Shown here: positions 9,956-18,157 of the stretch, piece by piece
Layout of the letters: every line of letters starts with the position of its first letter
Numbering within the stretch: the stretch's first letter is position 1
Source: Nannocystis bainbridge
GTDB taxonomy: Bacteria > Myxococcota_A > Polyangia > Nannocystales > Nannocystaceae
Reading direction: 5' to 3'
DNA: 64,000 nucleotides
NCBI RefSeq assembly: GCF_028368995.1
Contig: NZ_JAQNDL010000002.1
Coordinates: 320,001-384,000 of the forward strand
The notes under the pieces: model-generated
Databases searched by the model: none
What the model was told of the DNA's origin: nothing
What the model saw: only the letters and a program-made list of their open reading frames with translations
Program-made: the position numbers and the translations under genes

Positions 9956-10765
9956 ATGGCCTCATTCTCTTCGACCCACCCGTTCGCCTATCACGTCTTC
10001 CCGCTGACGGCTGCGCGCTCGATCTGGCGGCTCGGGGCGCTGCACGGCAAGGACGACCTCGGCGCGCTCGGAGCGATTCGTCGCACCACCGGCGACCTCG
10101 ATCGCCTGCTCGGCTTCTCGCGGTTCGTCCACTTCTATCTGCCGCGGCAGGGCACGACACCGGCCGAATTGCCGATCCTCGGGGCGCAGCTGCAGCCGTC
10201 GCGCGTGCCGCCATGTCCGCACGCGATGCTCGTCGTGCCGACCGCGCCGCTCACCGACGAGGATGCGACGATCTGCAACTGGAACATCGCCGTCAGTCGA
10301 CCGACCGTCGAAGGGGTGTGCAAGGGCGGCAACTGGACGCGTGGGACCAATCCAGAGTGGATCCTCGATCGCTGGCGGCGCTTTCGAGCGACGAATCCGG
10401 AGCCCGAGAGGGCGCGTGGATTTTGGGGCGAGCCGCACGTGCCGATCGTGGCGGGGCCGCAGATCGCGGCGAACCTCCGCCTGCTCGGCCGGGCGCCGCG
10501 CAAGACGCCCGAGCTGCTGCTGCGATCGCCCGCGCGGGTGTTCGCGGGGGCGAAGGTGATCGCGTTCTCTCGCGCCGATCTGGCGTCGCTGCAGCGGCTC
10601 GGAGCGGCGCCGGACGGGGCGGCGCTGGAGCTGGGGACGTTCCCGGGCTACGACCCGGACGGCGATCCGCTGGGGCCGCGGCGCGGGCTGCTCGACGATT
10701 TCCTCGCGGGTCTCCGCGACGCGCCGCCGCCGATCGACTTCGACGCGATTCGTCCGAGCGTGTGA
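9956..10765 (+). CDS. Hypothetical protein, possibly DarT/DUF4433-like ADP-ribosyltransferase fold
   Basis: AYHVF...SIWRLGAL, FVHFYL, NWNIA and PELLL appear in the same order as the DarT motifs YHITH..NL..I...G.L, YVPFYF and AEFLV. Confidence 0.45.
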   Translation: MASFSSTHPFAYHVFPLTAARSIWRLGALHGKDDLGALGAIRRTTGDLDRLLGFSRFVHFYLPRQGTTPAELPILGAQLQPSRVPPCPHAMLVVPTAPLTDEDATICNWNIAVSRPTVEGVCKGGNWTRGTNPEWILDRWRRFRATNPEPERARGFWGEPHVPIVAGPQIAANLRLLGRAPRKTPELLLRSPARVFAGAKVIAFSRADLASLQRLGAAPDGAALELGTFPGYDPDGDPLGPRRGLLDDFLAGLRDAPPPIDFDAIRPSV

Positions 10766-10771
10766 TCGCCG

Positions 10772-12829
10772 TCAGCGCGCGCCGAGGGAGCGCAGGAGCA
10801 TGGCGCGCACGGCCGTGAGGTCGGCGTCGACGCGGGCGCGCGGGTGCGCGGCCGCGGGGCCGTGCGGGACGGTGCGGAGCTGGTCCTGGCGGGTGACGTA
10901 GGTGACGCAGGTCGAGGAGCGGTTGCCGCGGAGCATGGCCAGGGCTTCGGCGAGGATGGTCGTCTGGTCCTCGGGACATGGTGTGAAGGACATGTCTCCC
11001 CAGGCAGGTAATGCGACGGCGGCGGCGGCGTCGGACACGAGGCCGGGGGCGTGGGCGCGCAGGTGGTCGAAGGCGCGGGCGAGGCCGGCCGAGTCGCCGG
11101 CGGCGGCGTGTACCAGGCCGAGCTCGACCCACGCGCCGGTGCGGGCCGGGTGGCTGGTGACGGCGTGCTGGAGGTCCACGAGGGCGCCTGCGAGGTCGCC
11201 GGTGGCCGCGCGGGCGCCGGCGCGGTGGGCGTAGACGGCCGGGCCGACGGTGCCGCGCATCTGGGCGATGCCGGCGGCGGAGACGGCGAGGGCGCCAGCG
11301 GGGTCGCCTGTCCGCTGGGACAGGAGGGTGAGGCCGACGTAGGCCCAGCGGGTGCGCGGGTTGAGGGCGATCGAAGCCTCGAGGTCGGCGCGGGCGCCGG
11401 CGTCGTCGCCGAGCCACATCCGCAGCTCGCCGCGGTGGGCCAGCGGCAGGGAGGAGCGCGGCCAGCGGGCGCAGGCGGCGTCGAGCAGGGCGAGCGCGCG
11501 GGCCGGGTGGGCGCTGCGGATCGTCTGCAAGGCGTGGCGCGAGGCGTGGCGCACACCTGTCCGTGTGGACAGGCGCTTGAGGACATGTCCGTCGTGCCAG
11601 GTAGCGAACGGCGAGCGGTTGCAGCCCATGCGCGCGAGGGCGTCGCGGGTGGCGTCGACCAGCGGGCCCTGGCGGTCGGCGGCGAGGGCGGCGGGGGCGA
11701 GCGGGGAGACCTCGGCGAGGGCCTCGGCGAACTCCTCGATCTGCCGCAGGTTGACGGGGGCGTCGGGGGCGGGGCGCTCGCCGGCAGCGGCGAGGAAGCG
11801 CAGCATCCAGGCGACGAACAGGTAACCATCGCCGATCGCGGTGGCGCGGGTCAGCGCGGCGTGGGCAGGGTCCCAGGCGCCGCGGCAGATCAGCGCCTCG
11901 GCGCGCGACAGCTCGGCGGCCGGATCGGGGACCTGGCAGGCGAGCTCGAGCTCGCGGAGGGCGGGGTCGTGGTGGCCGTCCGCGAGCAGGAGCTGGCCGC
12001 GGATCCTGCACGCGCCAGCGCGACCGCGAGCGCCAGGGATGGCTTCGGCGCGGGCCAGGGCGGCCTGGCGATCGCCTGTCCACAGGGACATGTCGGCGAG
12101 CGCGAGGGCGACGGGCGGGTCGTCGGGCTGCAGCGCCAGAGCGGCCTCGCCGTGACGGGCGGCGCCTCTGAAGTCGCCGGTCTCGAGCAGGGCGAACATT
12201 GCGGCGCGGCGGTAGAAGGCAGCGTCGCCCGCCGGGGCGAGGCGCAGGGCGGCGGCCAGCTCGACGCCGCAGGCGTGATCGTGCCCGGCGCGGGCCAGGG
12301 CGGTCGCCAGCTCCATGCGCAGCTTGGCCGAGTCGGGGGCGCGCTGCAGGCCGCGGCGGGCGGCGACGATGGCGAGCTCGAGGTCGCCGCCGCGCAGGTG
12401 CATCTGCGCCTCGAAGGCGTCCCAGGTCGGGTCGGTCGGATCGGCGGCGCGGCCGACCGCGATCGCGGCCGCGACCTCGCGCTCCCAGCCGAGCGCGCTG
12501 GCGTAGCCGACAGCGCGGGTGGCCGCGGCGCGGGTGGCCGCGGGTGCGGCTCGGGCGGCGGCGGCGAGGGCGTCGAGGCTGCGCTGATAGTCGTGCGTGG
12601 CCCGCAAGATCGCGGCGGCGGCGAGGGCGACGGCGGCGTCGTCGGGCCTGTCCCCCAGGGCAGCTTCGGCGGCCGCGCGGGCGCGGGCGAGCTGGCCGTG
12701 ACGAGCCAGGGCGACGGCCCGCAGCAGGGCACCGCGGGCGCCGAGGCGCGGCTCGTCGGCTTCGAGGTCGCCGGCGTCGAGCGCGGCCTGAAGGCGCAGC
12801 GCCAGCTGCGGGCTCGCCGTGCGGTTCAC
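10772..12829 (-). CDS. Tetratricopeptide-repeat protein
   Basis: Many TPR units (e.g. AHRGELRMWLGDDAGARADLEASIALNP). GTG start is preceded by AGGAG. Confidence 0.8.
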   Translation of the reverse strand: MNRTASPQLALRLQAALDAGDLEADEPRLGARGALLRAVALARHGQLARARAAAEAALGDRPDDAAVALAAAAILRATHDYQRSLDALAAAARAAPAATRAAATRAVGYASALGWEREVAAAIAVGRAADPTDPTWDAFEAQMHLRGGDLELAIVAARRGLQRAPDSAKLRMELATALARAGHDHACGVELAAALRLAPAGDAAFYRRAAMFALLETGDFRGAARHGEAALALQPDDPPVALALADMSLWTGDRQAALARAEAIPGARGRAGACRIRGQLLLADGHHDPALRELELACQVPDPAAELSRAEALICRGAWDPAHAALTRATAIGDGYLFVAWMLRFLAAAGERPAPDAPVNLRQIEEFAEALAEVSPLAPAALAADRQGPLVDATRDALARMGCNRSPFATWHDGHVLKRLSTRTGVRHASRHALQTIRSAHPARALALLDAACARWPRSSLPLAHRGELRMWLGDDAGARADLEASIALNPRTRWAYVGLTLLSQRTGDPAGALAVSAAGIAQMRGTVGPAVYAHRAGARAATGDLAGALVDLQHAVTSHPARTGAWVELGLVHAAAGDSAGLARAFDHLRAHAPGLVSDAAAAVALPAWGDMSFTPCPEDQTTILAEALAMLRGNRSSTCVTYVTRQDQLRTVPHGPAAAHPRARVDADLTAVRAMLLRSLGAR

Positions 12830-13059
12830 CGGCTGCCGCTCCTGCGAGTCCCCGGCGCAGGAGATGACGTCAAGGCGGAGGGCCGCGGCCGATCGAACTG
12901 CGTCGAGCGCGGGCGAGCGACAGGGGGCCGCGGGAGCGATGGTTCGCATCGAATCCCGGGCGAACGGACCGCTCTGGCGATCACGCGAGGCGAGTGTGGG
13001 CTCGGCGTCGCCCCGGTCGTCGTCGCGGGCGCGAGGTGGGCGGCCGGCGAGCGCATGGC

Positions 13060-15303
13060 TCAAGGGACAGGTTGCATGGCCGCGAACCCGTGGGCGCGCA
13101 CGTAGTTGATGTGCATGCCCTTACAGACATGTTCATGAGAGCATGTCTTGCAGCGCAGGCTCTTGACGTGGAAGCCGTCGTCGATGAAGCGGCGGGCGTA
13201 GCGGAAGATCTCGAGGCCGCCGTCGGGGCCGAGCTGGGCGGCGTCGAACACCGGCGGGCGCTCGCGCGGCGGCCGGCCGGCGATGCACGCGGGGACGGCC
13301 TCGACGGGCACCGGGGGCCGGAGGGCGGCGAAGAAGGCCGGGAGGTCGAGGTCGAGCTCGGCCGACTCGGTGAGGCGCTCGCGCGCGGGCTGGCGCAGGA
13401 CCAGGCGCGGCGGGGCAGCCTCCAGGGCGAGCAGCCAGGCCTCGGCGGCGCGCGACAGCAGGAGCACGACTTCGAGGTCGAGGGGGAGGTCGAGCAGCGC
13501 GGCGGCGGCGGCAGGGTCGGCGACGACGACGCGGACCAGGCGCTTGCCGGCGATCGATGGCTGGCCTTCGGGACCTGTCGTGGAGGACATGTGCGAGAGC
13601 CGGGCGATCAGGGCCGCGGGGTCGGCGAGCTCGAGCTCGAGCTCGGGGACTTCGGGGTAGTCGGCGGCGAGGGCCTCGGCGGCCGCGAGGTCGGGCGCGA
13701 CCAGCCACAGCGCGCGGGGCCGGGCCGCCGCCGCGAGGGCGCGGGCGTCGAGGCGCGGGCGCGCGGGTGGCTGCGACGCGCCGGCGCCGAGCAGCGGGAG
13801 GCGGAAGCGGCGGGGCGGCGGGTTCGCGGTGACGCCCGGCCGGGTGGCGGGAAGGACATGTCCCGAGAGACTGGTGGTGACGGGGGCCGGCGACGAGATG
13901 GCGGGAGGGACATGTCCCGCGGGACCGGTGGTGACGGGGGCCGGCGACGAGATGGCGGGAGGGACATGTCCCGAGGGACTGGTGGTGTCCAGGACCGGCG
14001 ACGAGATGGCGGGAGGGACATGTCCCGAAGGACTTGTCGACGTCGTATCGTGGTCCATGACGGCGAGGGCGCCTGGGCCGCGGTCGGTCGCGCGCGGGTC
14101 CGGGAGCTCGACGCGCCGCGCGTCGCGGGCCTCGGCCATGCCGGCGGCGGCCTCGTCGGCGGTGCCGGCCCACGCGTCGAGGCTGTCCTCGGGGACATGT
14201 CCTGAAAACCCGTCTTCAAAGCTGTCCTCGGGGACATGTCCCGAGAGGCCGGCGGCCAGGGCCCGCTCGGCGAGCACGCGGTGCAGGCGGGCGGCGGCGT
14301 GCTGGCGGCTGGCCGGGTCGCCGCCGTAGGCGACGGGGGCGTGATGCTCGGCGCCGGCGTCGATCCGCAGGACCTCGAAGCGCTGGCCGGCGAGGGCGGC
14401 GCGGACCTCGTCGAGGTGGTCGCACAGCGGCTCGAGGTAGCAGTGCTTGCAGCGCTCGGGGGCTCGGCAGTCGAGCGGGATGTCGTGCTCGAGCAGCAGC
14501 GCGTACTCCTCCTTGCGCCCGCGGACCTCTTCGATCAGCTTGTGCGGGTCCTGGATCAGGTCCTCGAAGCCCTCGAGGTGCTGCGGCGGAAATCGGTTGA
14601 GCCAGACGTGGACGCCGGGCCGGCGTGCGTAAGCGAAGGCCTCGAGCAGGTAGGGGCGCATGGCCTCGAGGTCGTAGAAGAGGACCTCGCGGCCCTCGCT
14701 GTAGGCGCGGCCGAACGGGATGACGTGCAGCAAGTCGAACTCGCGCACGCCCATGGCGGTGAAGGTGGCCATGAGCTCGGGCAGCTGCTTGACGTTGCCG
14801 CGGTTGACGCAGACGTCGATGTTGACGACGGGGCGACCGTCGGCGAGCGCGCCCTGGAGCCCCTTGACCTCCTCGTCGAAGGCGCCCTTGGTGCCGACGA
14901 GGGCGTCGTGGATCCGGGCGTTGGGGCCGTGGATCGAGAACGTGATCTCGCTGAGGCCGGCGTCGAGGGCGGCCCGCAAGAAGGCCGGATAGGCGAACAT
15001 GCGGCCGTTGGTGACGGTCTGGATCTTGCGATAGCCGGCGCGCCGGCCGAGGCGCACGAAATCGACGAAGTTGGGGTGGATGGTGGGCTCGCCGCCGGAG
15101 AGGATCAGGCGAGTGGCGCCGCGCCGGCGTCCGTCGAGGATCTGGGCCTTGATCTCGTCGCGGTCGCGGTTGGTGCCGTCGTGCGTGTGGGCGTCGAGGC
15201 AGAACACGCAGCGGTCGTTGCAGTCGAACGTCAGCCGCACCCAGTTGCGCCGCTCGTGCGCGGCCTCTTCGTGCTGCACGGCGGTGGCGGGGAGAGCGTC
15301 CAT
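13060..15303 (-). CDS. Radical SAM protein (HxsC-like) with repeat-derived linker and C-terminal Cys motif
   Basis: CNDRCVFC, SGGEPT, TNGR; internal CRAPERCKHCYLEPLC and C-terminal CKTCSHEHVCKG. Confidence 0.85.
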   Translation of the reverse strand: MDALPATAVQHEEAAHERRNWVRLTFDCNDRCVFCLDAHTHDGTNRDRDEIKAQILDGRRRGATRLILSGGEPTIHPNFVDFVRLGRRAGYRKIQTVTNGRMFAYPAFLRAALDAGLSEITFSIHGPNARIHDALVGTKGAFDEEVKGLQGALADGRPVVNIDVCVNRGNVKQLPELMATFTAMGVREFDLLHVIPFGRAYSEGREVLFYDLEAMRPYLLEAFAYARRPGVHVWLNRFPPQHLEGFEDLIQDPHKLIEEVRGRKEEYALLLEHDIPLDCRAPERCKHCYLEPLCDHLDEVRAALAGQRFEVLRIDAGAEHHAPVAYGGDPASRQHAAARLHRVLAERALAAGLSGHVPEDSFEDGFSGHVPEDSLDAWAGTADEAAAGMAEARDARRVELPDPRATDRGPGALAVMDHDTTSTSPSGHVPPAISSPVLDTTSPSGHVPPAISSPAPVTTGPAGHVPPAISSPAPVTTSLSGHVLPATRPGVTANPPPRRFRLPLLGAGASQPPARPRLDARALAAAARPRALWLVAPDLAAAEALAADYPEVPELELELADPAALIARLSHMSSTTGPEGQPSIAGKRLVRVVVADPAAAAALLDLPLDLEVVLLLSRAAEAWLLALEAAPPRLVLRQPARERLTESAELDLDLPAFFAALRPPVPVEAVPACIAGRPPRERPPVFDAAQLGPDGGLEIFRYARRFIDDGFHVKSLRCKTCSHEHVCKGMHINYVRAHGFAAMQPVP
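13843..14040. repeat. In-frame 54-bp tandem repeat (about 4 copies) carrying GGACATGTCC
   Basis: CATG cores at 13857, 13911, 13965 and 14019; encodes (S/A)GHVPPAISSP-type repeats. Confidence 0.9.
14182..14248. repeat. In-frame 39-bp duplication carrying TGTCC-TCGG-GGACATGTCC
   Basis: Cores at 14196 and 14235; encodes SGHVPEDS twice. Confidence 0.85.
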
Positions 15304-15362
15304 TCCGGGCCAATCGTACCCGGCGCCCCGCGCAGGCCGCAAGCGTGCTAACGTCGCCAGCC

Positions 15363-17858
15363 GTGCGCCCCGGCCGCGTCCTCGTCGTCCATCCGCCCGT
15401 GTCGGTGGCGCGGGACTTCATCGATTACCCGTACTTCGTCGACCTCGGGGCGGTGCAGCTGGCGGCGGTGCTCGAGGCCCGTGGGATCGCGTGCGACCTG
15501 GTGGATGCGTACGCGCTGCCGGAGCAGCGCGAGGGGCTGCGCGGCGCGGAGGACGTGGGGGCGAGCGAGCCGCGAGGGCCGGAGACCGTGAGGTCCGCGG
15601 CGGGCGAGTCGCAAGCGACGGAGAGCGAGCGAGCGGGCGAGGTGCGGCACGCGGCGTCGTCGATGCACTGGCGCAGCGACGGGCGGGCGCACCTGGGGGC
15701 GACGGTGGCGGCGACGCTGGCTGCCTGTGCACGGGACGTCGCGGCGGTCGTGGTCGCGGTCACGCCGTTTCACCGGCCGCCGGCGCGCGACGATCTGCTC
15801 GGCGAGCTGCTCGCGGGCCTGCGCGCGCGCCACGGGGCGGCGGTGCCGATCGTGCTGGCCGACTGCTACCAGTCGGGGCAGCACTACGTGGCGGCGCCGC
15901 AGCTGCTCGCCAGCTACCCGGAGGCGGACGCGTACGTGCAGTTCGAGGCCGAGGTGACGGTGCCGGCGCTGCTGCAGGCGTTCTTGGCCGGCGGGCCGGG
16001 GCCGCGCGGCGTGCACCGGGGCGAGCAACCTGTCCTCGAGGACATGCCCGTTCCGGCATGGTCCAAAGTCAACCTCGAGGCGTACCACGAGTTCCGCGCG
16101 GCGGTGGTCCGCGGGCTCGGGCGCGGCGGCTGGGCGTTCCCCATCGGCGGGCGCACGCTGCCGGCGGTGACGAGCCGCGGCTGTCCGTTCCAGTGCGCGC
16201 ACTGCAGCTCGAACCCCGACGTGGAACCGGGCCGGCCGAAGACGCAGCGGCGCCACGACCCGGCCGGGCTGCGGCGGATGCTGACGGCGCTGGCGCAGGA
16301 GCACGCGGCCGAGCGGGTGTTCATCCTCGACGAGCTGATCAACGTGCACCCGGCCCACTTCGATCATGTCCTGGAGGCCATCGGGGCGCTCGGGCTGGGC
16401 TTCGAGCTGCCGAACGGGCTGCGCGCCGATTACCTCGAGCCGCGCCACTTGCAGGCGATGCGCGGGCGGATCACGACGCTGAGCGTGAGCGCCGAGAGCG
16501 GGGTGCAGCGGGTGGTCGACGAGGTGGTCGGCAAGCGGCTCGACCTGGCGGCGATCGTGCGCGCGGCCGAGTCGGCGGCGGCCGCCGGAGTGCCGCTGAT
16601 GATCCACTACATCATCGGCCAGCCGGGCGAGTCGGCGGCGGAGATCAACGCGACGCTGAGCTTCGCGCTGGATCTCTGGGACAGGTTCAAGGCGTGGCCG
16701 GCGGTGCAGTTCGCGACCCCGCTGCCGGGCACGCGGCTGGCCCGCGCGCTGCCGCTGGCGCCGCCGCCGGCCGATCACGACTGGGGGCCGCGGTTCCAGC
16801 GGGCGCCGACCGGGGCGACGGTGCCGGCGGCGCTGCTCGAGAAGTTCCGCTGGACGTTCGAGCAGCGGCTGCGGGCGTCGCAGGGGCCGCAGAAGCTGGT
16901 GATGAACGCGACCTACGCGTGCAACAACCATTGCAGCTTCTGCGCGGTCGGGACGCGGTCGCAGCTGCACGGCGACGGCGAGCGCCTGCGCGAGCAGCTG
17001 AGCCACTACCGCAAGCAGGGGGTCGAGCTGCTCGACATCGACGGCGGCGAGCCGACGCTGCACCCCGATCTGCTGGGCCTCATCCGTCACGCGCGCGCGC
17101 TCGGCTACCGGGCCATCAACGTGACGACGAACGGGCGGCTGTGCGCGTACGAGGCGTTCGCGGCCCGCCTCGTCAACTCGGGGCTGTCGTCGCTGCTGTT
17201 CAGCGTGCACGGGGCCGACGCCCGCACGCACGCGCAGAACGTCGGGGTCGCGGAGGCCTTCGAGCAGACGCTGGCGGGGGTGCGCCACGCGGTCCGCCTG
17301 GCGCCGCGCGGGGTCGAGCTCGGCCTCAACGTGACGATCACGAAGCACAACGAGGGGCAGCTCGATGCCATCACGGCGCTGGCGTGGTCGCTCGGGCTGC
17401 GCTGGGTGAACTACCAGTTCCTGACGCCGTTCGGGCGGGCGACGGCGATGCTGGCGCCCGACACGGCGCGCGCGGCGGACAGCCTGCGGGCGGTGATCGA
17501 GGCGTGGCAGGACCGGATGAAGCTGCAGGTGATCAACCTGCCGTTCTGCTTCCTGCCCGGGCACGAGGCGCTGCTGCAGGGCGACCTCGGCAAGCTCGAG
17601 CGCCACATGGCGTTCGTCAACAACGAGACGGTCAACCTGGCGCAGTACCTGGCCGAGCGCCGGGTCCGCAAGCCGGTGTGCGCGTCGTGCCCGCACGCGT
17701 GCTTCTGCGGCGGGTTCTACGAGCTCGACGAGGTGCCCGAGCCGCCGTGGCTGATCGCGCCGGAGGACCTGGTGCGGCCGCTGACCGATCCGCGGCGCCA
17801 CGAGTCGGTGCCGGCCGAGCTGCGCGAGCGCCTGCGCAAGCGCGCGGGGCCGGCGTGA
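15363..17858 (+). CDS. Fusion of B12-binding-type radical SAM and a second radical SAM domain
   Basis: N-terminal VLVVHPP; TSRGCPFQCAHC and ESG (class B type); second CNNHCSFC with DGGEPT and TTNGR; C-terminal CASCPHACFCGG. Alternative start at 15345. Confidence 0.85.
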   Translation: MRPGRVLVVHPPVSVARDFIDYPYFVDLGAVQLAAVLEARGIACDLVDAYALPEQREGLRGAEDVGASEPRGPETVRSAAGESQATESERAGEVRHAASSMHWRSDGRAHLGATVAATLAACARDVAAVVVAVTPFHRPPARDDLLGELLAGLRARHGAAVPIVLADCYQSGQHYVAAPQLLASYPEADAYVQFEAEVTVPALLQAFLAGGPGPRGVHRGEQPVLEDMPVPAWSKVNLEAYHEFRAAVVRGLGRGGWAFPIGGRTLPAVTSRGCPFQCAHCSSNPDVEPGRPKTQRRHDPAGLRRMLTALAQEHAAERVFILDELINVHPAHFDHVLEAIGALGLGFELPNGLRADYLEPRHLQAMRGRITTLSVSAESGVQRVVDEVVGKRLDLAAIVRAAESAAAAGVPLMIHYIIGQPGESAAEINATLSFALDLWDRFKAWPAVQFATPLPGTRLARALPLAPPPADHDWGPRFQRAPTGATVPAALLEKFRWTFEQRLRASQGPQKLVMNATYACNNHCSFCAVGTRSQLHGDGERLREQLSHYRKQGVELLDIDGGEPTLHPDLLGLIRHARALGYRAINVTTNGRLCAYEAFAARLVNSGLSSLLFSVHGADARTHAQNVGVAEAFEQTLAGVRHAVRLAPRGVELGLNVTITKHNEGQLDAITALAWSLGLRWVNYQFLTPFGRATAMLAPDTARAADSLRAVIEAWQDRMKLQVINLPFCFLPGHEALLQGDLGKLERHMAFVNNETVNLAQYLAERRVRKPVCASCPHACFCGGFYELDEVPEPPWLIAPEDLVRPLTDPRRHESVPAELRERLRKRAGPA

Positions 17859-18061
17859 GCGCGGGGCTGGCGTGCCCGCGCTGCGGCTGTCCTGAAGTGC
17901 AGGTGACGGGCGGGCGGGCGAGCGCGTGCGCGCCGCTGCCGACGCCGGAGCTGCTCCGCTGCCCGCAGTGCGAGAACACGGGGACGCGGCTGCCGCTGCG
18001 CGGGCGGCCGCTGGTGCGCTGGGAGCACGAGGCCGGCGAGGGCGGTGAAGGACATGTCTGA
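17855..18061 (+). CDS. Small zinc-ribbon protein (68 aa)
   Basis: GTGA overlap with the radical SAM stop; CPRC...CPQC. Confidence 0.55.
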   Translation: MSAGLACPRCGCPEVQVTGGRASACAPLPTPELLRCPQCENTGTRLPLRGRPLVRWEHEAGEGGEGHV

Positions 18062-18125
18062 GGAGACATGTCGAATCGGCAATGTCCTGCGGGACATGCT
18101 TATGAGGGCATGTCCCAGGGGACAG
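18050..18125. repeat. Phased 14-bp element array (about 5 units)
   Basis: Perfect units at 18055, 18083 and 18111, with degenerate units in phase at 18069 and 18097. Confidence 0.9.
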
Positions 18126-18157
18126 CGTCGGCGCGGCCCGGCGCGCGGAGCCGGCGT

